Source of the DNA: Mobula hypostoma
Lineage: Eukaryota
Reading direction: 5' to 3'
NCBI RefSeq assembly: GCF_963921235.1
Contig: NC_086097.1
Location: 81,160,001 to 81,224,000, forward strand
Length of the DNA: 64,000 bases
The notes under the pieces are model-generated. The model worked only from the letters and a program-made list of their open reading frames with translations, made no database searches and was not told the DNA's origin. Position numbers and translations under genes: made by a program. Below are positions 24,382 to 37,899 of the stretch, piece after piece; positions within the stretch are counted from its first letter, which is position 1; each line of letters begins with the position of its first letter.

Positions 24382-25030
24382 AAAGTTGCTGGTGAATGCA
24401 GCAGGCCAGGCAGCATCTCTAGGAAGAGGTACAGTCAATGTTTCGGGCCGAGACCCTTCGTCAGATAACAGATGGGGTACGAGGGAGAGGTGGGGCATTA
24501 GAGGAAGTTTGAGAAGTCAATGTCATGCCATCAGGTTGGAGGCTACCCAGATGGAATATAAGGTGTTGTTGACCACATTTTGACTCAGACTCGCTATCAC
24601 AGCCATATATCCTTTCTTGGCCCCATCTGTTATTTATTTATATACACACATTCTTTTCCTCTCTCTCCTTTTTCTCCCTCTGTCCCTCTCACTATACCCC
24701 TTGCCCATCCTCTGGTTTTCCCCCCCTCCCCCTTACCTTTCTCCCTAGGCCTCCTGTCCCATGATCCTTTCATATCCCTTTTGCCAATCAACTGTCCAGC
24801 TCTTGGCTCCATCCCTCCCCCTCCTGTCTTCTCCTATCATGTTGGAAATCCCCCTCCCCCTCCCACTTTCAAATCTCTTACTAGCTCTTCTTTCAGTTAG
24901 TCCTGACGAAGGGTCTCGGCCCAAAACGTCGACTGTACCTCTTCCTAGAGATGCTGCCTGGCCTGCTGCGTTCACCAGCAACTTTGATGTGTGTTGCTTG
25001 AATTCCCAGCATCTGCAGATTTCCTTGTTG
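24382..25030 (+). mobile_element. Rearranged PLE 3' insertion (two inverted pieces + sense 3' UTR)
   Basis: 14-bp TSD CAGATGCCCAGTTC (24368-24381, 25031-25044); inverted terminal repeat 24382-24464, inverted ORF end ~24465-24570, sense UTR to 25030 with a hammerhead motif at 24899-24935 (GAAA changed to AAAA). Confidence 0.88.
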
Positions 25031-27679
25031 CAGATGCCCAGTTCCTTGACAAGGAAACTAATGGAATGAGATGGCCACAGCCACTGAAACCATATCACTT
25101 ATTTTTCTTACTTAAACTGATAGCTTGACACTGCTGGAGGTCTGTGGCAGAAAATTCCTGTTGTTTTTCAGCTGAGCTCCATGAAAAGTTAACAGAAAAC
25201 ATGAATAAAGTTGTTTACAACTTCAGTTTTAGTTATTTAAGCTAAGAGATAAATAAATGAACATGAATCACCTTCTTATTCCTCACCTGTGAGGAAATCT
25301 GGAATTACAGTGATAACTGGATCACTGGTCTGAATGAAAGAACAAAGATTTTTTTAGATTTGTTAATCTGACAAAAGGTGAAGAGAACTGAAAATAGTTA
25401 AGGACTCAAATGAGGCTTGGTGAGTTTGATCTCAGTCAGAAACAACAGAAGCCAAAACTGCTTGGCTAAAACAACTGAACAGATGTCCTGTGATGCCAAA
25501 TCATTTACACTGAAAATGCTTCTCTGGTATGTGATCCAGGTTAAGAATAGGTCTACATATTCATGTCAAGGTGCCTCACAACCACACAGAAAATGATCCA
25601 CTTCCTCCCCATGACATAACAATAAAATTAACTACAAAATCATAGGACAATATGATGAAGAAAAACAGACAAATTTATCTCCTGGTCAATTTACACACTA
25701 ACATAGCCAAATGCACTCTCCCCCCCATCCCCCCACCCCACCAAGGTAACTTTCAAATCCAAGGTTATTTTTGTTGAAACTCATAGCTCATTTTGTCTTA
25801 TGATTTGGAAAATAAGAATTCACTACACCATTTGATTCACTGCTGCTTTCTTTGGAGTAATTAGATATAACAGAATTATGTCAATGACAAAGTGTTTAAT
25901 TAATAAACACCGAGTTTGCAGTAATTACCTGGAACAAGGAGAAGCAGTCATCACAATGAACAAAGAATTAGGGTGGGGAAACAAGGTGCATTTGAAATGT
26001 GATGTTAAAAAGGGCAGACAAAGATGGGAGGGAATGAGATAATGATGTTAGAGAAAGAGGGGAAATAAAGAGGGCATGACAAAGAAAAACTGCAAAACGA
26101 AAATGCAAAAGATGCACATACCCAGACTGTCAACTTGGACCGTATGTTCACATCTGATATTCTCTTAGAAGCAACAACTGTATCCATTCAAAACCTAATT
26201 TACTACCCAACAGCAAATAACCTAAATAGGAATACTGGACAACCATAACAAGCAAACATCCCTTTTAAGAACTTTCCCAAAGATTCTGAAAATGTCTGCT
26301 ATTATTCTCAGCACAGATGCTACATAACCTTTTTGGTATTTGTTATAATTTTTGGTTTTATTTCAGCATCTCCAATACGTAGGCTTTAAATAATCAGCTG
26401 CTGTAATTCCTACATAGTGAGAAAGAACTGATACCTACTCCACTCTATCTTCTGGATAGACAGCAAAAACAACTGAAACATTAAGACAAATCAAGTTCCT
26501 GGTTTGTCTTAAGTGAAATATGCACTTTGGCTTTCAGCGAAATTCAGTTCATTTCCCAAGATCCCCTAACCACAATAGAAGTAATAAATGAACTGATAAA
26601 CTTTTATCTGATACTATAGGCTTCTCATGTATCAGTATTTATCAGTATTTGATAAACTGCCAAGCTTTTGGTTGAAGATGAGTTCTCTGCATCCCCAGTG
26701 GCACCTTCAGTGAATAGACAGGAGGGAGTCCACTCAGCCCATCAAAGCTCTAGCACGAAATTCAATTTCACTTCATGGATCTTTCTCGGTTACACTACAT
26801 TATGGTTTCACTTCAACTCTTATCCAATTCTCTTTTGAATGTTACCAATTAAACTGCTTTCATCAATGTTTTAAGACGTACCAAGACACTGTCTTACCAC
26901 CTTGAGAAACTAAAACATGAATCGCTTCATTCACAAACATCGAAGGCCAACAAGTAACCTCAAAATTAGCGCTGTACACTTGCCAGCAATCTGACAAATT
27001 ATATTAGCACTAATTTCTGTTCCCCAGCCAATTTCACAACTCTTCTCAATTCTCCTTTAATACATAGCTTGCAATTTTCTGAACTTCCATTTTAGTAATA
27101 AAGTCTAATGTGCTATTTTTTCATACACCTGTAGAAAGCAGACACACATTTCAGGACTGATCTGGATATCCTGCTGTTACTGACTCATGTCCTGAGTCAA
27201 AAGCTTTACCATCATCCACAAGATATATCAAGAGCATAATTCTCCAATTGGAAATGTCCAACTCCAGCAATAGGTAAGCAGTCTGCCTGATCGGTACCCT
27301 ATCCACTACACGAAATATCTAACTGTCCATCACTACCGCACAGTGGCTGTAGTGTGTACTGTCCACAAAATGCACTACAGTTGCCTCACAGAGGCTACTC
27401 TTGCAGTGCCTCCTGAACTTATGACCTTTAATATCAAGAAGGTTAAGGGAAGCAGATGCACAGGAGCTCTACACTTTATAAATAAATTATAAAACTGTAG
27501 TTCACTACATTCACAAGAGCAATTAAAGATCAGCAATAAAAATCCTTGCCTAGAATATCTACATTGCCAATTAAAACTACGAACATTTCCCTTGGGGTAG
27601 AGGTTTAATGAAGTACATATTTTTTGACTAGGGTAATTCACTCACTTAAAGCAAAATCATTTTCTTGTCTTAATAGATG

Positions 27680-28030
27680 AAACAGGTGGGGTCCTAGCCC
27701 TGGAGCATGTTGAGGTGATTGAACCCGATGTTTGGACATCGATTTAGGTGCCAGGCCAGATTGAAAAGATCAGGGTGTTGGGGCCTGAGGTGGGGGACGG
27801 GCCAGTTCAGATCACTGCTCCACGACTTGACTCAGTGCTGAACTACGGGGCTCTCTTTGTGGACTTCATTTCAGAATGCTATTTGCGTGTGGTTATTGGG
27901 TGTATAATATATTCTTTGGGTGTTCAATGGTCTTTTTTTATGGGTACGTCTGGGTTTCTTTGTTTTATGGCTGCCTGTCAGGAGATGAATCCCAAAGTTG
28001 TATAATGCGTACGTACTTTGAACAAGTTCA
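27680..28030 (+). mobile_element. Non-autonomous element remnant with Rex1-like tail
   Basis: tttatggctgcctgtcaggagatgaatcccaaagttgtataatgcgtacgtactttga tail, homologous to 12020-12100. Confidence 0.55.
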
Positions 28031-28457
28031 GTTTTATATGAGGAAATTACTTGGTGGTGTTTGATTCATACGGATAGTTTTATGTAAATTTACAGACATA
28101 GAGAACTGAGTTTCAAATTGGCGATATTTGTAATTAATGACACATTTCAAATATTGGCAAAGCACATCAAAAAAGATGGTGAAAAGTCTCTTTAAAATAA
28201 TAGATGCATGCAACCAAATTTAGTGTTTTATTTCCAAATTAGGTTGCTATCCCATATTCTTCTTGCACAAAGTTGCCACCTCAATACACAAAAAATGCTT
28301 TAATCATTTTCACTGAATAAAAGCTTCTGCTTAAATAATGAGATTTATGCTAATCCAACAGTTTAAAAAGCGAGTGATGTGAACCCCAAAGCAGCCTTTG
28401 TTTTAATGTATCTAACCTCCTTCACTGCAATGGCTCTTTCATTTACATTCAAACCTA

Positions 28458-29055
28458 TGTAATGGCTTCTGTGTACTGTTAACTGCTAAGGCTACTGTAA
28501 TGGCTTCTCTGTAACGTTAATTGCTCACGTAACGGTTTCTCTGTAGCTGCAATGTTTTGGGTTATGACTAGTGATAGCAGGACTTCATCCAATGGGAGAG
28601 ATGTTATTCTTTCTTGTGTGTCTGAAAGCTGTTGATTTCGGGGGCTTTTGCCAGAAGGCTCGATGGGGAAGAAGAGAGGAGACGCGAATGAAGAGATGCT
28701 GTAGGACGCTCGACAGAGTGGGCTCCGAGCCAGAGTCCAGAGGTCACTGATGTTTCGGCGGAGGTCGTTTGTGGAGGAATGAATACCTGCTGTGTGAGCT
28801 CCAACGTATCTTGAGACTTTAACTGTGGGCCCTTTTTTATTTCTGTTTGTTTATTTTCATACTAACCCTATAATTGAATTAAGGTTCATGAAGTTTATCA
28901 TTTGATTGTATATGGTGTACTGTCTGATATTTTGCATTGTGGGTTTGTGAACGGGAATACATTACACAGCATCCACCCAAACTTGAATACCCTGTTTGGC
29001 GGGTCCGAAAGCTGATTCCCCTAGATGAACATGAGTGGCACGCCTAGGGGTAACA
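28458..29055. mobile_element. Probable solo LTR (598 bp)
   Basis: Begins TGTAA, ends TAACA, flanked by CCTA on both sides (28454-28457, 29056-29059); short internal tandem repeats (tgtaatggcttct) and a CCAAT near 28589. Confidence 0.65.
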
Positions 29056-32000
29056 CCTATTTATATTACGTCAGAAATCCACTGGAGTAATTTCTAAATT
29101 TCAACTTGCATTAATGCATGAACGACCAAATAAGGATAAACTCTAAAGATGACCATAGCTGGAATACACCAGAAAATAACAATGACACTGCCTGGAAACA
29201 ATATCAGTTTACAGAGAGACTACTAAACAAAGAGCAAGTTTTATGAATACTAAACAACCCGGAATTGAGGTAACTTTACACAGCAACCCTAATTGGCAAA
29301 TTCAATGGTGATAATTCAGGAGCCATCATTCAATGAAGACAAGCATCAATAATGATTTTTTACCACCTTCTCCAACACGCCAGCGCTGCCATCGAAGGGA
29401 ATAAAATGTTCCAAAGCCACATTTCAAGTGTGGCACTGTGGTTTACTGAACAAATTTCTACTTCCCTGGATGTCTCAGAACTTTGAACAATTCACCTCAA
29501 AGGCCTGGATAAACCAGTCAAGACATCTGAATCCATTAGTAGGATATGTGAACTAATCTCAGCGTTGTCTCCCAGGTAAACATTCCCAGTAGTGAAGATT
29601 GGATCTGATCCTGTTCAATCAGCTTTGATGGGCAGAACCAGACTTTTCAAAAAGACACTCTACTCTAAGCTCCATCATTGCCATTACATTCTCCTTGATA
29701 AATGTAACATCCTCACACATTTATGGGAATCCTGAAACTGTAACTTCTCTAAACATCTGGGAAGACCAAGTTTCTCACAGACACTCAGAAAACAAATACA
29801 AAATCAGAAGCACACAATATTCCAGAGATCTGATCCACTTACCTGACCTGTCGAGTACTTGCTGTCGAGTACTGCCCAGTGAAAGAACTGCAGGAAGAGC
29901 CTCAGTCGCCTTCAAACCCACAGAAATGGTGTGGGATGCAAGTTATCTTCAAGTTATCTGCTAAAAACTGCCTCGGGGGAGGAGGATGACCTTCTGTTCA
30001 ATTACTCTGGAAATCATCCCAGGACAAGTATAACCTCAAATATTTGTGAGCAGGCTAAAAATAATAGAGTGCTTTTGTTCTGTAAATAAAATATGGTGAA
30101 TCCTTGATTATTGATATTTTCCTCATACCCAAGAAGTGAATTGTTACTGGAAATCCAGCACTACTGTTTATTCACATTTGCCCGTGGCAAGATAGTGATG
30201 AGTTGCACCTTGAACAGTCTAGAACGGCCTCCGTGGTGAAGGCACTCCAACAGTGCTGTATCTAAGGGACTATCAAGGTTTTGACTGAAGAAACAAAAAT
30301 ACCTTCAGAATTTGTGCCTTTAGAAGGTCTCGTGTGATAAATCTCAGTACTGTAAAATGTTGCAGTGCTTTTTGGAAATGCCATATATAGCTTGCATCAT
30401 GGTGTGCCATTAGTGGAGGGAGAGAATGTTTTGTGTGGTGATTAAGCAGGCTGCTTTGTCATCAATGCTGCTGAGCTGCTTTGTGTAATCATGCAGCTGA
30501 GCAAGAACTTTCGCATTTTCCCTGCTTTAACAATGGAGAAAATTGCCTGGGGTACCTGCGCCAGATTCTATGTCTCCATTCATTTAAATGATGAACAAGT
30601 CACACAAGGGGAATTTACTGTTCATTCATGTTTTGCTGAATTTATTTAATCACTTACTCTTTAGAAATTAACAAGTTCAGAAGATATAACACCTTGAGAA
30701 CAATTTTCAAGCGTTTGTGAATCAGCAATGTTCATGAACTCTGATGGCACTTCAGTACGATCAATGATAGTATTGTTTCAATGATCAGTTACAAATCAAA
30801 TTCCTTGAGAAGCTTTTGGCATGAACAGTTGAAGAACAACATTAATAGATAGTCAGATGAGCATTCTGTGAATTACTCTGGGCCACAGATTGATTTGGTG
30901 ATGATGAAGGTAGAACATATGGTTCAAAGCATGATGTTGTGTGATGTAGCCATGAAGTTGGAGGGAATGACATTATCAAGCATCCAGTGCCCAGGTGTTT
31001 TTGAGCATGTTAGTTTTCCTTAAGCACTCATAACCCAATTTATTACTTTTAATTCCTTAATCAAAGGCCTTACAGAGGAGGTTCACTTTCACTGGATGAC
31101 AATAAACCTCCTCTATAAGATAATCATAACAACCAAGAGATTTAACGATTTAAAATTTGCTCTGAACCTATTCCAGTGCTTCAATGGAATGCAAGTACCG
31201 TTGTCTCTAGTTTCACGATTGATTTTAATTATCTTTTTTAGCTTCACTAAGACATGAATAATCATGAAACTGAAGTTATGGTCTGTAGCACCTATTCATG
31301 TTGCTGTACATGCTGTGAAATAATTTCACATATTGATGTGTTTTTCACAAAGACAGTGGATTCTTACAAGTTAATGGCTGTCTTGCTGTTACAAATATAT
31401 AGACCATCTTCCTAAGAATTCATCAACATAGCCATCAATATGTGCATTCAAGGCAATAGTAGAGATGGTTGACTGTTTAAAGTATTCAAAGCAGTACAGT
31501 AAATGACAAAATTTGCAGATTCCTACTTTTTTTTCTAACTGCTCAGAACACCAGTGAGACCACATGCCTAATGAACTCTTGTCTAATTCTACTGCCCAAC
31601 TTCCAAAAAAGACAGAAAAGGCTCTACTAAACATTCTAGAAAGGCTGAATGTATTTCCTTCTAATTCTGGCAAAATAGTCACCAAATTGTTAAGAGGACT
31701 CACAAACTGCATATGTGAGAAAGCTGTTTAACTTGGACTGTGTGGATGAGCTTGAATATTTCATTAACAGCTCCTTTCAAGAAGTGATCCAACAAATAGT
31801 TCACAGAGCTTCAAAAATAGAAAATTCTGCTCAACATTACAGCATTTCATTCGGAAGCATCTAACAGGGAAATTGCAAACATTATTGAATTACAAAGCTG
31901 TGAACCATTTTCAATTATTAGCTCAATCACAAGAGAATGAATGTAATTTCTCAGCAAGAATCTACTTGTTAATGTCTAACATTCAAAATTAATCAGCAAT

Positions 32001-32177
32001 CAGAAAAAAAATTAGTTAATCAAATTAACATCGGTACCTTGGTTGATTAGGAATCAGCAAACAGCTGACAATAATTTTTTAAAAAGAGCACAGTGGGATA
32101 TCAAAAGGGTCACAGTATGCTTTCAGATTATTTTTATTGAAAAATGACAAGGGACACAGGAGAAATTTTAAACACAA

Positions 32178-33303
32178 GTACTTCCACAGATTCCAGAACT
32201 AAGGAAATGTCCTCTTTCTTCAAAGAAAGGGATTTTTCCTCCCTCCACTATCAACATTGCCCTCACCCGCATCTCTTCCATTTCGCGCATGTCTGCCCTC
32301 ACCCAATCCACCTGGCCAGGGATAGGGTTCCTCTTGTTCTCACCTACCACCCAATAGCCTTTACATCTAGCACATAATTCTCTGTAACTTCCGCCATTTC
32401 CAACGGGATCGCATCACCAAGCACATCTTTCCCTCCCTCCACCCCCACTTTCCTTTCTTCAGGGGTCGTTCTCTACGCGACTCCCTTGTCCATTTTTCCC
32501 TCCTGGCAAGTGGAACAAATGCCACACCTGTCCCTACTCCTCCACCCCCTCCCTCACTACCATTCAGGGCCCCAAAAACAGTCTTTCCAGGTGAGATACC
32601 ACTTCACCTGTCAGTCTGTTGAGGTCATCCACTGTATCCAGTGCTCCTGATTTGGCCTCATGTATATTGGTGAGACCCGACATAGATTGGGAGACTGCAT
32701 CATCGAGCACCTATGCTCTGACTGCCAGAAAAAGCAGGATCTCCCGGAAATCACCTTTTTAAATTCTACTTCACTGTCCCATTCCAACATGCCAGTCCAT
32801 GGCCTCCTCTACTGCTGCAATGAGCCCACACTCAAGTTGGAGGTGCAACACCTTATATTCCATCTGGGTAGCCTCCAACCTGATGGCATGAACATTGATT
32901 TCGCTAACTTCCAGCTATTCCACCCACTACTTCTCCATTGCCCATTCCCCTCTCTCACCTTATCTCCTTACCTGCCAATCACTCCTCTCCCTTCCCTTCT
33001 TCCATGGCCTTCTGTCCTCTCCAACCAAATTCCCCCCTTCATCTCTTTCACCAATCAACTTTCCCACTCATTACTTCACCCCTCCCTCTCCCCAGGTTTC
33101 ACCTATCACCTACTACCTTGTGGACTTCTTCCTCTCCTCCCCACACCTTCTTTCTCTGCCTTCCCATCAGTCCTAATGAAGGGTCTCAGCCCAAAACATT
33201 GACTGTTGACTCTTTTCCATAGATGCTGCCTGGCCTGCTGAGTCCCCCAGCATTTTGTGCGTGTTGCTTGGATTTTCAGCATTTGCAGGTTTTCTCTTGT
33301 TTG
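32178..33303 (+). mobile_element. PLE, 5'-truncated (linker, GIY-YIG endonuclease, 3' UTR)
   Basis: KEMSSFFKERDF, DRVPLVLTYHP, MYIGETRHRLGDCIIEH, QHLIFHLGSLQPDGMNIDF; decayed hammerhead at 33168-33205. Confidence 0.9.
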
Positions 33304-33304
33304 A

Positions 33305-34027
33305 AATACCACAGATGTTGGAAATCCAAAGCAATACACACAAAATGCGAGAGGAACTCAGCAGGTCAGGCAGCATCTATGGAAAAGAGTAAACAGTCGA
33401 CATTTTGGGCTGAGACCTTTCATCAGGACTGGAAAGAAAGGGAGAAGACACAGAATAAAAAGGTGGGGGGTGGTGGAAGGTGGATAGCTAGAAGGTGACA
33501 GGTAAAGCCAGTTGGGTGGGAAAGGTAAAGGGCTGGAGAGGAGAGTAGTCCACAGGAGAAAGGGAAGGAGGAGAGATACCAGGGTCAGGGGGAAGTGACA
33601 GGCAATTGAGAAGAGGTAAGAGCCCAGACTGGGGAACTGAAGAGGGGAGGGGAAGGGAATGTGAAATCGATATTCGTGCCATCAGGTTGGAGGCTACCAA
33701 GATGGAATATAAGGTGTTATACCTCCACCCTGAGGGTGGGCTCATTGTGTCAGAAGAAGAGGGCATGGACTGACATGTCAGAAGAGGAATAGGAATTAAA
33801 ATGTTTGGCCACCGAGAAGTTCCACTTTTGGTGGATGGAGCGGAGGTGCTTGATGAAGAGATCTCCCCCAAATTATGATGGGTCTCACCAACGTAGAGTA
33901 GGCCACACTGGGAACACCCAGTACAATAGCAACCACAGTACATTCACAGGTGAAGTTTTGCCTCATCTGGAGAGACTGTTTGGGGTCCTGAATGGAGGTG
34001 AGGGAGGAGATGAATGGGCATGTGTTA
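33305..34027 (-). mobile_element. PLE 3' part, tail-to-tail with the previous copy
   Basis: YCTGCSQCGLLYVGETHHNLGE on -; decayed hammerhead at 33394-33431. Confidence 0.88.
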
Positions 34028-34497
34028 CACTTTGGCCACTTGGCGATTTATGATGGCACTAGTGAAGCACAGTGAGAAATTGCTGGCAGCAAACAAAACT
34101 ACTAACTACCATACTAAGCACACTTTTTCTCAAAAACGATCATTGCAATCAATAACCGGTACCTTCTCTTTCAGAGCTGGGCTTTGAACTGCTTGTAGAG
34201 CCCAGCATTTTTGCAGTGCAAACTGAAGTCTCGGAAGTGCAGGACAGTTGTGGCGTGGCACATATGGGCCAAACTGAAGAGGCATGGCTTGGGCCTGAGT
34301 GCGAGTAACGAGCAATGTTTGCCCGTTTCTGGGGCAGTTTGGACACGATTCAAAGCAGCAGATCCGAGGCAAGTCTAGGCAAGTCCGGAGTTTGTATTGA
34401 GGCATTTGGGAAACACACACAGGTAATGAATTTTCAAAAGGGTTCTGCTAGTTGGGAAATATGTAACTCTGTAAACTTACCTGACGACATTCCCAGT

Positions 34498-34720
34498 GTT
34501 AAGTTCAAAGTAAATTTATTACCAAAGTATGCATACTACCTTGAGATTCATCTTCTTGCAAGCAGCCACAAAACAAAATAACACAATAGAAACCATGAGA
34601 AACCACACACAACAAAGACCAACAAAACATCGTAAGTGCAAGAAGGACAAATTATGCAAACAATAGAAAGTAAACAAGTAACACGCAGAATGTGAGCTGC
34701 AGAGTCTCTCAGAGCGAATG
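34498..34720 (-). mobile_element. Rex1-like 3' tail of a non-autonomous element
   Basis: aagttcaaagtaaatttattaccaaagtatgcata..ccttgagattcatcttcttgc is the reverse complement of the shared tail. Confidence 0.6.
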
Positions 34721-35104
34721 CACAATGTGGCGGCAAGTGAAGCCAGTCTAGGAGCCCGATGGCTGCAGGGCTACAACTGCTCCCAAATCTGGCGGCATGG
34801 GACTCCGCTCTCCTGTTCTGCCCGCACAATGATAGTAACACGAGAGGGAGATGGATCAAACATAGGCAGAAGTCTGCACTAGTGATGGTTGCCCCGGTGT
34901 TGGCCAACCTTCATCTTCAAGGTGACGTACCTATATTCCCAAGGGTCCATTTCACTGAATCCTTTAGGAGATAGTAAAATCACTAATTCATTTAGACAAT
35001 TCAAAAGTACATTTCTTGAAGGAAAATTACAGGCTGCAGATTGCGGTGAATGTTAAAGTTAGATAGGTGATTTTAACAATTGAAACTGTAGTTAATCATT
35101 TATT

Positions 35105-35470
35105 ACAAGCAAGAGAAAATCTACAGATGCTGGAAGTCCAGAGCAATACACACAAAATGCTGGAGGAACTCAGCAGATCGGGCAGCATCTATGGAAAAAA
35201 GTGACCAGTCGATGTTTCGGGCCGAGATCCTTCATCAGGACTGGAAAAGAGGGGGAGAAGTCAGAGTAAGAAGGTGGAGGAAGAAGAGGAAGTAGTACAA
35301 AGTAGTGGGTGATAGGTGAAACTCGGAGAGGAGAGGGCATAAAGTAAAGGGCTGGGAAGTTGATTGGTGAAAGAGATAAAGGGCTGGAGAAGGGGGAAAC
35401 ATCCACTGTTTACTCTTTTCCACATATACTGCCTAGCCGGATTAATTCCTCCATCATTTTGTGTTTGCTA
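35105..35470 (-). mobile_element. PLE 3' UTR fragment with short inverted piece
   Basis: Homologous to 23805-24100; hammerhead motif 35206-35243 (CAGUC CUGAUGA A GGAucucggCCC GAAA CA UC GACUG on -); 35396-35470 is in the opposite orientation. Confidence 0.8.
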
Positions 35471-35823
35471 AGCATTTATATTATTATCTTTGTGTTGAAG
35501 AAGTATAAAACATCATGTCAGAAGAGTGAGATTTTCTTGGATTCTCCTGAACTCTCTCTCCTTTTTTTACACTGTGAACAAATACTTTTATATTTCCCAG
35601 TTACAGCTTCAATGTAGCTCAGTTTTAGTCAGTCACAACACAAACTATAATCATTGGATCAAATTATATCCACAACACTTCGAATGAGGGTTAAAGACTT
35701 CATTTCAGAATGACATCGATGCGGCAGGTTGAAGTAAGGAATGAATCTGCGACCCAGTACTTCTGTGATAAGAGTGGTTTTCACTGATATCCCCATTTAC
35801 ATTGTCTGAATGGGTAAGGGAAG

Positions 35824-36745
35824 AGATTCAAAGATTCAAGATTCAAAAGACTTTATTGTCATTCTAACCATACATCAACTCTGCAGGGCAGAATGAGACA
35901 GCGTTCCTCAGGGGCAGTGCAATCATAACATAACAAACGCAACATTAAATAATAAATATAACAATAAATAGTAAAACACAACAGCCACATGTCAGTTAAA
36001 TCAGTGTCCAGTGCAAGTTAAAAGTGTCCAAAGCAGAGTCAGGTGGAGCAGCTATTTAGTAGTCTGACTGCCTGTGGGAGGAAGCTGTTTAGTAGCCTTG
36101 TGGTTTTTGTTTTGATGCTCCTGTAACGTTTGCCTGATGGCAGAAGAACAAACAGTTCATGGAGAGGGTGTGAGGGGTCTTTAATGATGTACCGTGTCTT
36201 CTGGAGGCATCGACTCTGAAAGAGGTCTTGGACAGAAGGTAGGGAAACCCCAATAACCTTCTCTGCTACCCTAACCACCCCCTGCAAGGCCTTTTTGTCG
36301 ACAGCACTGCAGCTGGAGTACCAGGTTGTGATGCAAAAGGTCAGCACACTCTCAACCACGCCTCTGTAGAATGTAGTTAAGATGTTAGTGGGGAGTGATG
36401 CTTGTTTAAGCTTCCTCAGAAAGTGCAATCTCTGCTGGGCCCATTTCACAATCCCAGTGGTGTTCCTGGACCAGGTGAGATTGTCCAAGATCTGCACCCC
36501 AAGGAACTTGATGTTTTCCACTCTGTCCACTACGGAGCCGCTGATGCTGAGGGGTGTGTGCTCAAGCTGAGACCGTCTGAAATCGATGATCATCTCCTTG
36601 GTTTTGGTGACATTAAGCATCGAGCTGTTATCCCTGCACCAGCTCTCTAGGTGTTTGACCTCCTCCCGGTACATAGTTGCATCATTTTTGCTGATGAGCC
36701 CCATCACTGTGGTACCATCTGCAAATTTAATGATCAGGTTCTCCT
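35824..36745 (-). mobile_element. Rex1/Babar-type LINE, 5'-truncated, well preserved
   Basis: ORF 36039-36761: KFADGTTVMGLIS, WCRDN..LNVTKTKEMIIDFRR, KFLGV, AQQRLHFLRKL, FYRGVVESVLTFCITTWY, LPSGKRYRSI; (gattcaa)n tail on +. Confidence 0.92.
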
Positions 36746-37899
36746 TGAGAAATATAGCCACCTCCCAATGGTTGTATCATTCCCAAATCCGTTTGATAAT
36801 ACAACACAATACTTCAAATGTTGTACCTTCCTCACAGACAATTGTAAATCTGCAGTTGTTTCTTGCCTGAGAAAGTTGAGAAGGCCAGTTCAGGTAATGT
36901 ATATAATGTAGAGGTAGATATCTTCTTGAAAGATTAAGGGATTGAGGGCTTTGGGGACCAGATTCCAAGAAGGAACCAAGACCAAGGGAAGATCAACCCA
37001 GACCACATTGACCGGTAGGGCAGCACTGAAGGGCCAGGCAGCCTCTACCTGCTCCTATACCTTTTAGTACAACATTGGATCAATCTATAAATATTAAGTG
37101 TGCAGTAAGCATGGAGATTTAACTAATATTGGAGAGGTTTCATTCCAAAACAGTTAGGTATAGCCAAAGCAGCACTCAGAAATCAAGCATTATTTGCTTC
37201 TAGGCAAATAAGTTAAAATTCAAGGCTGAATATTTAAAAGGAATGGGAGCTACTGATTGCAGGATAAAGGTCAAATGAAGGGCATATTTTGAACCCGTCA
37301 AAAATATTGTTACAAAAGCTGAGTATTAAATTCCAAGCCCGAATAAGTTACTTGGTTCTTGACTATAATTGCTAATCTCTTTAAACTGTGTAAATATTAT
37401 TGATTCATTCTGCATGACCTTCAAGTGACTTTTAAGATTTGACAGTATGATAAAAAGAGTAGCATTTATTGCTTTAAGTTAAACATTTACAGAACCATGT
37501 CTAAAATTGTTGAACTTTTAAATTCAAGAAACTGTTTTATTCTTTCTCCCTTTTATCACTTTACCACAGCACATTCTGCCATCCCGTTCCAGCAGGACAG
37601 TAACACTTGAGCTAATTGCCCAAATTAAATGTACTCAGATGCCAAAACCCCCATGAACTTTGATGAAGGTCACAGAGGAAGAGGAAATCACAACCACCCT
37701 TCATCCTATACATATTTGTTGCAAAGAGATTAAAACCTCTTTGAAAACACCAATGCACAGTGCGGCAGAGCAGGGTCACAATGAAATATTTCATCTTCGC
37801 GGGTCCATAGATTTTACTATCAGCTGTTGAATGGTCATCAACATCATCAGCTTAATGAGAATCAGACCAGCTTCCAAATCTCTGTGGCTGAAGAATCAC

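Noticed and set aside
32660..33202. Intact 180-aa GIY-YIG gene
   Set aside because: The N-terminal part is frameshifted and the second half is read-through into the pyrimidine-rich 3' UTR.
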